Source of the DNA: Azolla caroliniana
Lineage: Eukaryota; Plantae; Polypodiophyta
Assembly (NCBI GenBank): GCA_043228905.1
Contig: JBHGNT010000018.1
Coordinates: forward strand, 13,578,001-13,642,000
Direction of reading: 5' to 3'
DNA: 64,000 bases
The position numbers and the translations under genes were made by a program. Every line of letters begins with the position of its first letter. Position 1 is the first letter of the stretch. The notes below the pieces were generated by a model. That model was given only the letters and a program-made list of their open reading frames with translations. It searched no databases and was not told the DNA's origin. This document shows positions 1 to 12,201 of the stretch, piece by piece.

Positions 1-2897
1 CTCAGCTTCTTCAGCCGATTCGGGCCTAGCAAATCGGTTTCCAACCTATTCGGCTCTCGGCTTCTTTAGCCAATTCGACCTATGTTGAGCTTGCCTCTCA
101 ACAGTTCTCTAATCTTGAGGAGTCAGAGTAGCTAAGGTTCGTCGAGATCAGCGATGACACCTCTCACCCCATCAAGCACATTGGCAATATCCCTCTGAGC
201 TATGTCGGCTAGAAAGGAATAATGTGCAATGTCCTGCATGTGTTGACTATCACCAAGAATTTGTTGTCAGTCGAACAAATAGTCGACCAAGGAATGCAAG
301 TGTGCTTCAATCACCATGGTTGCTTCATCTAAGATGAAGGCCAAATCATTGTGCAAGAGCGCAAATATGGAAATATGTTTAGCCTCGACACAAATGATGT
401 CAACACCACTATGTTCACGAAAGGAAAGAAGGTTGAATCGGATATCGACCTGTGGCACAAGTTGATTGGCCACATCACTCTCTCGAGGCTTCAGGAAATG
501 TAGGCGAAACATACAGTATTCGGCTTGTCGAAATTTAGTGGTCGGAAGGACCAACTATGTCAATCCTGCCAACTACGGAAGCAACATCGGCTTTCATTCC
601 CTAACAAGTGCAATCAGAGCCATAACAAGCTCAATTTAATCCATTTGGATGTGTGGGGATCAACACAAAATGTAAGCATTGGCAGGAGCCAATACTTCGT
701 CTCCTTCATCGACGACTACACACGACATTGTTAGGTCTACCTGATAGAGAAGAAAAGCAAGGTCTTCTCTTATTTCCAGAACCTGAAGAGCTTGATTAAA
801 AAGGAGACAGAGAGAAATATTTTTCTGGCCAATTCAATTGTTATCGGCAAAAGAAGGGAATTCAAGAGGAATTCTCTTGTAGATACATGCCGGAGCAAAA
901 TGGCGTGGCCGAACAAAAGAACCGGAAAATTGTAGAAGCAGCTACAGTAATGCTCAAGCAGAAGCGCATGCCGAATTTTTACTAGGCCGAAGCAATCAAA
1001 ACAGTCGTGTACCTTTAGAATCCGATATTTGCAACTGGAGTGAAAGTGTCGCCACATGAGTTGTATTTCGGGCACAAGCCGAATTTGGCGCACCTAAGGG
1101 TGTTCGGCAACATTGCGTATGTGCAGGTGCCAGATGAGAAGCGTAAGAAGTTAGATGCTAAAGCCGAGAAATCTATTTAAGTCGGCCACTTGCATGAACA
1201 AAAGGGTTATAAGCGTTATAACCCCCACACTAAACAAGTGTGAGTCAACCAAGATGTCGTGTTTGACGAGTCGGTTTCTTGGTACTCACTTCCGACAAAT
1301 TCGACCCCTGTAAACTCCATACTGAATTCTGAAGATGAGGCTAGTGAGGTCGGCATGATTGAGGAAGAAATCGAAAATTAGTAGGAGAGTCCAATTTCAT
1401 TTCAATTGAGTGAGCTGAAACGACCAATCATTTGAGCAGTCGGCGAGCAAAGAGGACTTAGTCGTGCAATCCCCCAAGAAGAAGCCCAAGAGGAGGCTAT
1501 CTTGGAGAGAGAAGGGGAAGAAGAAGATTCCGGAGTATGGCAGTAAAGAGGGCACATCGGATTGGAGTAAATTCGACAAAGACATGAGCGGTGATGGAGA
1601 ACCTCAAGAATTGAGGTTGGATTCAACTAAAAGGGCCTTGAAATCGGCAAATGAGAAGTTGCACGATCAACTCGCCACAAGAACCCCGTGACACGATACA
1701 GGTACAACAAGTACATGACACATCACTATGCGTACATGACAAAAGTGGCAGAGGTCCGCGAGTTGGAGAGCTACATGGAGGCATCACAATATGCCAAGTG
1801 GAAATCGGCAATGGAGGAAGAGATGTGAGCTTTAGCCAAAAACGAGATGTGGGACCTCATTGACCCTGCAAAGGATTGCAAGCCAATCAGATGTAAGTGG
1901 GTGTATAAACTGAAATACAATGCCAACGACACAGTGAACAGGTATAAGGCCCGATTGGAAGCCAAGGGCTATGCTCAGACACACGGGATCGACTACGACG
2001 AAACCTTCCCAGCAGTAGCGAAGATGACGATGGTCGGTGTGGTGCTAGTCGTAGCGGCAACAAAGGGGTGGCATTTGCATTAGATGGATGTGAAGAACAC
2101 GTTCCTACAAGGAGACCTTGAGGAACAAGTTTACATGGTATAGCCCCTCGGATTTCAAGCCGAGATGAACAAGTCAGCAGTTTCCCAACTGAAGAAGTTG
2201 CTTTACGGACTAAAGCAAGCCCCTCACGCTTGGAACGCAAAAATTACGTAGTGCTTGCCTAAGATGGGGTTTCAATCCTTGTTCTTCCGGAAAGGTCACA
2301 AAGGTCTGGTATGCCTTCTGCTATGTGTTGATGACTTGGTCATCATCGGAACCAACCTTGATGAAATTGGCCGTGTAAAGTCTTAGCTCTCGGCAACATT
2401 TGAGATGAAGAACCTAGGGGACCTTCACTACTTCCGAACCCCCGACGACATATTGATTGGTCAATAACATTACATTCTAAATATGTTGTTTAAATTCAAC
2501 ATGACGGATTGTCGATCCTTCATTACTCCTCTTGATAGGAATTAGAAGCTCTGACACAATTTGGCGTCGGTTTGCGACAAGAAACGGTTCCAAAAATTTG
2601 TCGGAAGCCTCTTCTACTTGACAATCACCCGACTAGATCTTAGCTATATGGTCAGATTGATCAGCCAGTTCATGTCAAAGCTGACAACTGAACACCTTCA
2701 GTGCGCACACAAAATATTGAGATATGTCAACGGCATGAAGGACCGTGGGTTATGTATCAGACCGGCATAACCGAACAGTTAGTTTGCTATACAAACGTCA
2801 ATTCAACCGGAAATGTTGGCAATCGCCGATCAACATCAGGCGATCACAGGGAGTAGTATGAAAGTCGACTGTAGCATTGTTGAGCACCAAGGCTAAA
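1..2897 (+). pseudogene. Decayed Ty1/copia (Bryco-like) pol: protease end, integrase, RT, start of RNase H; interrupted by a DNA transposon
   Basis: ORF fragments CQSCQLRKQHR..HLDVWG..YFVSFIDDY (525-734) and [26 protein letters not shown] (1847-2083). Many stops and frameshifts. Ends at the 'VALLST(E)A' codons. Confidence 0.9.
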
Positions 2898-3419
2898 AAC
2901 ATGTTCCCGTTCACCAATGGAAGGATCGTGCATTCCACTTATAGATTCCTTTTATAATCTTGCAATTTTAGGCAATTTTCAGAAACATGATACACCAGTA
3001 TCACATGTTTTAAATAGCATGTAAAATTTGCTACTTTTTTGAGATTTAACAAGTTTTAAAATGATAATTTCTAAAATTGATTAGGTTTTCAATAAATGTT
3101 TAAATTGATGGTCTACAGATATGAAATGTAGTTAACATAAAGAAAAACACAATGGTTATCTCAAGGCACAAGTTAAGATTAATGGTTTCAACATCTTCAG
3201 GAGATGTTGGTTCGAGAAGTGGAAGTTACATCTATTGTTAGACTTGAAAATGTTTTAAGTATAAGGGGTAACATTGTAATCCTTAATGTCATCATCTATA
3301 AAATTAGTGCTCATTAACATCCATAAATTCACAAATCAAGAAATGTATACAATATTCATAAACAATTTTGATAAATCAATCTCCTAAAATGTAGACGATA
3401 TTCATAAACAGAGTTTTCA

Positions 3420-3990
3420 ACACAAACTCGATACTTTTTTTTTCAACATGAACTCGATACAATGTATCGAGTTCATGTTGAAAATTTGACTTTTCGACAT
3501 GAACTCGACACAATGTATTGAGTTCACGTTTAAAGTTTTTTTGGGTTTTTTTTTATTTTTTTCTATTTATATTTTGGGCCTTTTTGTTTTTTTGTTTTTT
3601 TTTAATTTGAAGTGATGAATAAACTAGAGTTTTCATCCCAAGTTGATACAATGTATCGAATTCATGCTTATAGTTTTTTTTTTCCAAATAAAAAATCAAA
3701 ACAAATAAAAATTATTTGAATAAAATTTAAATATTTACTTTAAACATGAACTCGATACATTGTATTGAATTGTGGTGAAAAATCTGGTTTTTTCATCAAC
3801 TCAAGCTCGATTTTTTATTTTTTTAAATTCGGGAAAAAAAACTTTGAACATGAATTTGATACATTGTATGGAATTGTGATGAAAACTTTGTTTTCTACAT
3901 CAACTCAATACAATGTATGGAGTTCATGTTTAGAAATCTTCTTTTTTCAAATAAAAGAGGTTTAGAGTTTACATGAACTCGAATTGTACT
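3420..3990. repeat. Array of about 7 palindromic ~40-bp units separated by A/T tracts
   Basis: Perfect palindrome TTTTCAACATGAACTCGATACA-A-TGTATCGAGTTCATGTTGAAAA at 3440-3484. Degenerate copies near 3495, 3635, 3742, 3845, 3895 and 3970. Confidence 0.85.
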
Positions 3991-4574
3991 AAAATCTCTG
4001 TGTTTACAAGAGAAAAAGATGCATATCGATACTGCAAAGAAGTATGTTGCACAACAAGACACCTTATGGTGAACATGTGCTTCATTGATTAATAAAAAAC
4101 AATTAATAATTTTGTTGATGGTAATTGAACCTTGCAAATTCCATTTATGTGGTCTATAAAATATTCTCGTGGTTCTTAATCACCACTTCAAGCACTTAAT
4201 GTTGATCTTCATAGGTTGGTTCATCTACAACAGAGAAACATTTATCTGGAACTAAGGATGACAACACAAGCATAACTCAAGTGACAAGGAAACTTGCAAG
4301 AACTCAAGTTGGGGATATTAATAGCTACACATGTAGATGGCCACGAACTAGGGCACCAATTCTGCATTGGTAAAGTTTTGGATGTGGTGATGCATTAAAC
4401 TTTTGTAATACATCTATCATTGACATTAGTGAGGTGGATATCATTGTGTATGACTTTACACTGATAAAAGTTGGATGTTTAAGGACGACAACGATAGACA
4501 TAATAAATGAGATATTACCAAGTCTAGAGCACACAATATGGAGACACCATTTGGTGAAGACAATGATTTGATTG

Positions 4575-5041
4575 TGTTACGGGCATGACCATATAATATC
4601 TCGTGGTGAGAATTTACCGTAGTATTCTATACACGTGGATAAGTGTGAGGGTTAAACGAGAGTGTAAAGAAGGGGAGGATTACTTTTAATCCTTGGGATT
4701 GAGACAACCCATTAGGCCAAGTGTGAACATGGCTAGGGGCCTTGGGTATCGCTATAAATAAGAGGGCTAGCTACCCTCATTTCATTATCTTGTTGACTAC
4801 GTCAAGGCTCTGTCTTGTGGTGGGTCAACTCTTGTAGCGAGCGCGCTAGAACCAGGTACGACTCGACGCCACGGCGGTGGTATGGGACACCGATCGAGGC
4901 TCGAGTCCGTCTTGATCCCTTCGCTCAGGGGTGGTCAGGTGGATCGGCACCCTTCTTTCTCTCTCTCCTCTCTATCTAGATCTATCTATTCATCTATATT
5001 CTATCCTTATCTAATGCTTACATTAGTCTATGTCTCTTACA
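4575..5041 (+). repeat. 5' LTR of chromovirus
   Basis: Direct repeat of 11054-11520. TATA box CTATAAATA near 4752. Confidence 0.95.
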
Positions 5042-5043
5042 GT

Positions 5044-5055
5044 TGGTATCCGAGC
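5044..5055 (+). promoter_or_regulatory. PBS, tRNA-iMet type (TGGTATCCGAGC)
   Basis: 2 nt after the LTR. One mismatch to canonical TGGTATCAGAGC. Confidence 0.85.
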
Positions 5056-5294
5056 TCATTTTCTAATGTTTCTTTTGTTGTCTTTTGTGTTCTTGATTGA
5101 TGGCGATCAATCTACGTGCGGTCGACCTTCATGCAAAGAAGGATCAACAAAGGAACTTCGGTAATCTTTCTTGTTTTTATTTTGTCTATTTTTTCTTCTC
5201 CCATCTAATCATGTGTATGGTTAATATGTAAATTTTTTTCATTAATTCAATGATGTTGTAGTGGTAATTCATTGGTTGTATAAAACGTTTACAT

Positions 5295-5565
5295 ATGTGT
5301 ATGAGGTCAATACCTCATTTGACGTATATTGAATATGTGATGAGTGTTGTATGCGCACGAGGTTAATACCTCAATTGCGCATTACGTTCACAAACATATG
5401 TTACATTTGCGTATGAGGTCAATACCTCGATTCGTTGTAAATGATATGCATTTGGTCTCGTATGCGTAAGAGGTCAATACCTCAATTGCGTATTACGATT
5501 AACCCTTATTTTTGGATGTCTCGTGTGCATAGAGGTATATGCCTCGATTACGTATCTCGATTACG
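5295..5565 (+). repeat. Five ~56-bp periodic repeats with a GAGGT-N4-ACCTC hairpin core in the 5' UTR
   Basis: Cores start at 5303, 5359, 5415, 5470 and 5532. Confidence 0.8.
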
Positions 5566-6667
5566 TCATTTTTGGCTATTAAATATAAAAGTTCCTTTAA
5601 TATAGGCATATGTGGTCACGTGTATATGTAGTTGATCGTATATATGTGATAATATACATGTGTATATAAGTTATGACGTGATTTTAAATCGAATGTTTTC
5701 CTTTTCGGGGAAAGGATCTTGGTGGCCGTCCTCACATTTTTGTGAGAATAGCATTGTCACCATCCCTTTTTTCAACAATTATTTATTGTTGAAATCCCCA
5801 TTGGTGACTTCGATATTTCGTTACATAAAGAAACGTCTATAGCCATAATGATGTTGAGTACGTAGGGCTTGACCCACTTCATGTGAGGTCGCGCCTATGA
5901 CACACATATCCAACATCCCTCCCTCATTACATGGATACGATGCCACCATGAGATCATTCTTACGAGAGGCATTTGTAATGACATGACCATGTGATGGGCC
6001 ACGTGGGCCTACTACGAAAAGAGGGCTCATTTGGCTTGACCATTAGGTTGCACTTTGGCGTATGCCACCGTAATTACGAGACTTGAGGTTAGGTAACGTA
6101 CCAACATAGTTGTAGTAAATGAGGGCGAAATAAGGACTCTTGACATATATGTTTCTTTTAAAAAAACATATATGGGCAAATGCCTCACATATCTCTTATA
6201 TGCATGAAACATTAAACATTCAAGAAGAGCAACCTACTTGGTTGGCTCAAGTGTTAAATGCATTTGTTCTCGAGGTCTCGAGTTCAAATATGACCAAGAC
6301 CATACAACATCGTTGATACAGAAACCCCACATATGTGGGCACCAAAACATAATTTATTGTTAACATTTTTTTCGTGTATAAACTATTCATGACGCGAACA
6401 TACATGGTGGAGCCTCGGGGAGCCACCATGAAAAAAATCGATATAGAGATCAGGGAAAGAAATTTATTTGTCACCCCCATGGTTTTTAAAACACCTTTGT
6501 GTTACCATAGTAACCTGATCTTGAACCTCATCTCATATGTCTAGAGGGGTATTCACGTGAGATAATGATATCGATTAATGTTCGCCCATGATAGGTTTAC
6601 ATCACAACATGATGTTAAAACTATCTCTTTGACCTTATCCTATTTCTTTTCCAGAAATAATCATTTA

Positions 6668-7624
6668 ATGGCTCAAAATAACGACCCGATGTCATCCACT
6701 CAAGCGGAAGGAACTCAAGGGAATCCTCCTGGACAAATGTCCATTGAGATGTATTTTTCACAAATAACCCAATACCTTAGTTTCACCGCTCAACAGATGA
6801 CCAAACTTCGGCAATCTCAAAGTGTTCTCGAGGCAAGTGTCATTAGTTTACAACGTGAGACTAATAGACCTAATGAGCGACAAGGTGAACCATCGTTTGT
6901 TGTTAACCCATTTACGGGAGAAAAAAAGGAAAGAACCAAAGAAGCAATCTGCACGTGGCTGAGCCGATGGGAGTCTCATTTTGAGCTCTATCCCACGCCA
7001 AATAGTACAAAGATTGCATATGTCGGCTGAGAACTAGGGGGTAAGGCCGCCGCCTAGTGGCGTGGGCTCCGTACTTTGGGGAAATTGCTCGATACCTGGA
7101 CAGATTTTGTCACAGTTTTCAAGGGCCAATTTCTACAACCTCCCTCTCGAACCGAGGCAGCACAAGCTTTAATGAACTTCTCGAGTAGGAAGTTTTCCTC
7201 ACTAGAAGACTATGTCCACCATGTTAGAACCCAAATCCCAAAATCGGGTCTAGAAGGGGACAATTGGTTAATAGCTTGTTTTGTCAATGGCATCCCCAAT
7301 TCGAACTATCACTGGATAGTGCATGATAAGGATCCAAAATCCTTCGAAGAGGCCGTTGAAATAGTTCTTCGCTATCAATGCACTTCGAAGAAGGACCACA
7401 ACAAACCCAACGAAGCGCCCGGGACTAAGCAGTCGCAATTCGTTTGGAAACGCAAGACACCGAACGAATTCATGGATCGCGATTGTAAGCGACAACATCC
7501 TTTTTGCGTATTCTGCAAAAAGAAGGGTCATACAAAAGAACAATGTCGAAAGCTCCAACGGAAAGAGCATGACATCAAGGCTAAATCTGTAGACCATAAC
7601 TGTCAGATTCCTAATGTCCTTTAG
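6668..7624 (+). pseudogene. gag: Chromovirus gag, with in-frame stops
   Basis: Retrotransposon gag-like helices and a CX2CX4HX4C knuckle (CVFCKKKGHTKEQC). Confidence 0.85.
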
Positions 7625-7675
7625 GTCTATACACATCATTTAAGTAATTGTCAATGTTCTTTCCCTCACTATGTA

Positions 7676-10600
7676 TTGGGTCCCAATGATTTACTACGTG
7701 CAAACGGGTATATCAATGGATCTCCCATACAATTTTTGTTTGATTCGGGAAGCTCACACAACTTTGTGAATGATCGTTTGGTTCAGATATGGGGAATCCA
7801 ACCCACCATAAGTGATCACACCTATACGATGCACTTGGTTGATGGAAGAGTACAATACATCAACGGAGCGATTCATTCATTAGGAATTTCTATTGACACT
7901 TATATAGAGGAAGTAGACTTCCATGTAATGAATCTTTGTACCACTGATGTAATACTGGGTTATCCCTAGTTATATAATAAAAGCTCTTCTTTATCTGTTG
8001 ATTGGGTTCATCATTCAATTACATTTGTACTGAACGACTATACTCATTTTATTCAATGTGTCAAAAAACAATCCCTCTCGATTGTTTCCTCGTGTCCATC
8101 AATATCTGAGTTGTCTTGTTCTACTCTATTTTATTGTGTACTTGATCCGGACATTCACGTTTACAATATCGATAATGTCTCGGTTCAATTACATATTTTG
8201 AACAACAACTTGATGAAAACTTAAATGATTTTCGTGATGTTTTTCCGAGTGAACTACCAAATGGTTTAGCTCCTAAATGTAAAATAGACCATCGTATAGA
8301 TATTGTACTTGGCGTTGCACCAATAAGTATACCTCCTTATTGCTTAAGTCGATTTGAAGAGGATGAGGTATCTAAGCAACTCAAGGACTATTTACGAATG
8401 GGTTATATACGCTATAGTAAATCTCCATGAGGTGCACTAGTTCTCTTGGTTAAAAAGAAAGAGAGCACATGGCGTATGTGTATTAATTACCGACGGTTGA
8501 ATAAAGTGAGGATCAAGAATTCGTATCCATTGCCCTAGGCTGACAATCTAATTGACCGTCTCCAAGGAGCTCGGTATTTTACGAAACTTGATCTCCGTAT
8601 TGGCTACCATCAAATTCGTATAAGTGAGGACAATGTTCCTAAAACAACATTTCATACACGCTATGGCCATTATGAGTTTTTGGTTATGCATTTTGGTTTG
8701 ACCAATGCTTCGGCCACATTTCAACAAGAAATGAATGACATTTTCCGAGAACAACTTGGAAAATTTGTCGTTATTTTCTTGGAGGATATTTTAGTTTATA
8801 GTCGTACATTACAAGAACATGCTAAACATGTCCACTTTGTTGTACAAACATTGCGTGACAAACAGTTTTATGCGAAGATCTCAAAATGTGAGTTCTTCTA
8901 GAAATCAATTACTTATCTTGGACATCTCATAACCGAATGAGGAGTTGAAATTGATCCTTCTCGCATCGAGAAAATCAAGCTTTGGCCCACTCTTCGGAAT
9001 ATTCGAGAAGTTCGATCATTCCTTGGTTTTGTCGGGTTTTTGCAAAAATCCCTTCGTAATTACTCTCAATTGACGACATCGTTTACTGATCTTCTAAAAG
9101 GTCAAACGCGTAAGTCTACAAAACCTATTGTCTGGAATGCTACACTAGACCTTGCCTTTAAGGAACTCAAGGACCTGGTTTGCAAGGCTTCTTCACTTCT
9201 TTTACCCGATCCTTCAAAACCTTTTGAGGTTTAAACCGATGCAAGTGATTATGTTATAGGTGTTGTCTTATATAAAGATGGTAAACAAATAACATTCGAG
9301 AGTAAGAAACTTGATTCTGCTCAATGTCGGTATACTGTTCAAGAAAATGAATTATTTGCAGTTATACATGGCGCCATTATCTTTATGAAAATCGCTTTGT
9401 GGTAACTATAGACCACGAGTCCTTGAAATATTTTTGTCACCAACAAGACTTGAAAGGTCGTAAGGCACAATGGGTTGATCTCATCTAGGACTTTGATTTT
9501 TCCATACGATATCATAAAGGTTCCATGAACACTGTCGTTGATGCACTAAGTCGTATCCGTGAAGTTAACATGCTTAGCTTCACTGAAATATCATCAGATC
9601 TTTATGATCACCTTCGAGGAAAGTATCTTGATGACAATTATTTTGCAAAATATTGGGCAAGAGTTGAGTCTAGAACATACACCACCACATCCTCGAAGGA
9701 ATACTTCCACATTGCTAACGGTTTGCTCTACTGTAATGGGAAGGTTTGTGTTCCAGATTTACCTAAGGTCAAAAAGAGGATTCTTTTTTAATGCCATGAT
9801 GCACCCTGGAATACATCGTACACTCGTTCTCATCTCCACTCAATTTTATTGGCCTAAGATGCATCCTGACATACATAACTATGTGACTAACTATCACCAA
9901 TGTCAGGTTAACAAAGCCGAGCGACTTAAAGCCGCAAGACTTTTACATCCCTTGGACATTCCCAATAATAAGTGGGAAAGTATATCCATGGATTTTATTG
10001 TTAGCCTTCCTCACACCCAAAAAGGCCATGATGCCATCTAGGTTGTGGTTGACAGACTCACTAAAATGGCCAAATTTATTGCTACTAAAACCACGGTAAC
10101 AGCTCCTGAATTGGCTTACCAATTCATTGATGAGTTATTTCATTTTTATGGGTTACTGATGGATATCGTGAGAGATCGAGATTCAAAGTTTACTAGTGAC
10201 TTCTGGACGCAAGTCTTTAAGAAGTTAGAAACTACGTTGAGCATAAGTTCCACGGATCATCCTCAATCCGATGGATAGACAGAACGAGTAAATCAAATTA
10301 TTGAGGACATGCTTCGAGCATACGTTGGTACAAAACCAACAAAATGGGAACGTTACCTCCCAATTTTGGAGTTTGCTTATAACAGCTCCAAGCATACGTC
10401 GACGGGATATAGTCCTTTTATGTTGATGTATGGTTTTTTGCCACGAGCCCCGATTGATGTTAATATATATCATGATGGGTTGCGAAGTATGCAACAATTT
10501 CTTCGGGATATGCAAGATATGTTGCATATTGCACGAGATAATATAAAAACAGCTCAAGATAGAGCGCGTTTTTATGCCGATCATCATAGGCAACCTCGTG

Positions 10601-11010
10601 TATTCAACCCTGGACAGAAGGTATTTTTACGTGTACCTCACAATTCTAAGACATTGTCTACGGGTATGTGTGCTAAGTTAGCCCCACGGTTTTGTGAACC
10701 ATTTACAATCCTCAAATGCATTGGGTCATCAGCCTATCGTCTCACTCTTCCAGATGGTGTTGAAATTCATCCAGTTTTTCATGTGAGTCTAAAAGAACTT
10801 CTAGGTTCTGGGGACAATACAGTTACAACTGAAACTCTGGTTACTTCTGAAGATTTATCTTTTAAACCACATCTACCAGAAAGAATTCTCAATGTTAAAA
10901 CAAAAAAATTACGTACTAAAGAAATCCGAGAATTTAAAATAAAATGGATGGACAAATCAATAAAAGATGCCACATAGGAACGCAAAATACTCTGAAAACT
11001 AACTTCCCTA
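7676..11010 (+). pseudogene. pol: Chromovirus pol (PR, RT, RH, INT, chromodomain), disrupted
   Basis: LFDSGSSHNF (PR), [12 protein letters not shown] (RT), WESISMDFI..RDRDSKF (INT), GPY-like HPVFHVS, PERILNVKTKK..FKIKWMD..DAT* (chromodomain). Confidence 0.9.
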
Positions 11011-11053
11011 ATTTTCCATTGCAAGAGTGCAATGTTTTAAAGAGAGGGGAGTA

Positions 11054-11520
11054 TGTTACGGGCATGACCATATAATATCCCGTGGTGAGAATTTACCGTA
11101 GTATTCTATACACGTGGATAACTATGAGGGTTAAACAAGAGTGTAAAGAAGGGGAGGATTACTTTTAATCCTCGGGATTGAAACAACTCATTAGGCCAAG
11201 TGTGAACATGGCTAGGGGCCTTGGGTATCACTATAAATAAGAGGCCTAGCTACCCTCATTTCATTATCTTGTTGACTACGTCGAGACTCTATCTTGTGGT
11301 GGGTCAACTCTTGTAGCGAGCACGCCAGCACCAGGTACGACTCGACGCCACGGCAGTGGTATGGGACGCCAATCGAGGCTCGAGTCCGTCTCGATCCCTT
11401 CGCTCGTGGGTGGTCGGGTGGATTGGCACCCTTCTTTCTCTCTCTCCTCTCTATCTAGATCTATCTATTCATCTATATTCTATCCTTATCTAATGCTTAC
11501 ATTAGTCTATGTCTCTTACA
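11054..11520 (+). repeat. 3' LTR of chromovirus
   Basis: Preceded by PPT AGAGAGGGGAG (11041-11051) and followed by TSD GATTG. Confidence 0.95.
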
Positions 11521-11978
11521 GATTGGTACATTTGAAAATGAGGAGGAAGAGTCGCAATTGTATATTAGGTATAGTAGTGATTCTCAGGAAAGGAATGATG
11601 ATAGTGATGCAAATAACTCCTAAATGTTTTTGTTGTGTAACTATGTGTAACAAATTTAGACAATATTTTATCGAATGAAATAAAAAAGTTCATTGTTTTG
11701 AAACCTTTCGTTTATGATTGGGTTAATATCTAAACTACTAATATTTGTAATTTATCCTTAAAAATACACAAAGTTACTTTTCGTATTTGGCCAAAATTTG
11801 GCATTTTTCAATTTTGCCAAATGGTGAAAATTGTAGCTATTTCATCAAGTTTTCGAGAACGTGTGATACTAGTATCAAGGTGTTTTCTAAAATGGCCAAA
11901 AAAGCCCCAAAATCAGACGGAATATTCCTTATCCTTCCATTTGTGCGCGATCCTTCCACTTGTGAACGTGAACGTGTT

Positions 11979-12201
11979 TGAATACAGAGGAGAGGATGTC
12001 GCAACATGCGAAGCCATTTGGCTCAAATGTCTATTGAAGGATCTACAAGTGGAGGTTGACGATCCGACGCGAATCTATTGTGACAACCTTAGCAGCATCC
12101 AGTTGGCGAAGAACCATGTCTTTCACGCTCACACCAAGCACATAGAATTGCACTACCACTTCATGCATGAGCGCATTCTGAGTGGAGAGGTCAAACTAAA
12201 G
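11979..12201 (+). pseudogene. Continuation of the copia RNase H from 1-2897
   Basis: EYRG..ATCEAIWL..IYCDNLSSIQLAKNHVFHAHTKHIELHYHF. Confidence 0.85.

Larger units (their letters stand above)
4575..11520 (+). mobile_element. Full-length decayed Ty3/gypsy chromovirus
   Basis: 467-bp LTRs (TG..CA) at 4575-5041 and 11054-11520. 5-bp TSD GATTG at 4570-4574 and 11521-11525. PBS and PPT present. Domain order gag-PR-RT-RH-INT-chromodomain. Confidence 0.95.
2898..11978. mobile_element. Non-autonomous TIR DNA transposon (~2.1 kb net), with a chromovirus nested inside
   Basis: 35-bp TIRs at 2898-2932 and 11944-11978 (30/35 identical). Removing the element rejoins copia RNase H codons GCT-GAA-TAC-AGA. 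Flanks TAAA/TGAA are a possible 4-bp TSD. Confidence 0.75.

Noticed and set aside
5295-5565. CRISPR-like repeat/spacer appearance
   Set aside because: The repeats are short and degenerate, the spacers are partly similar to each other, there are no cas genes, and the array lies inside a eukaryotic retrotransposon UTR.
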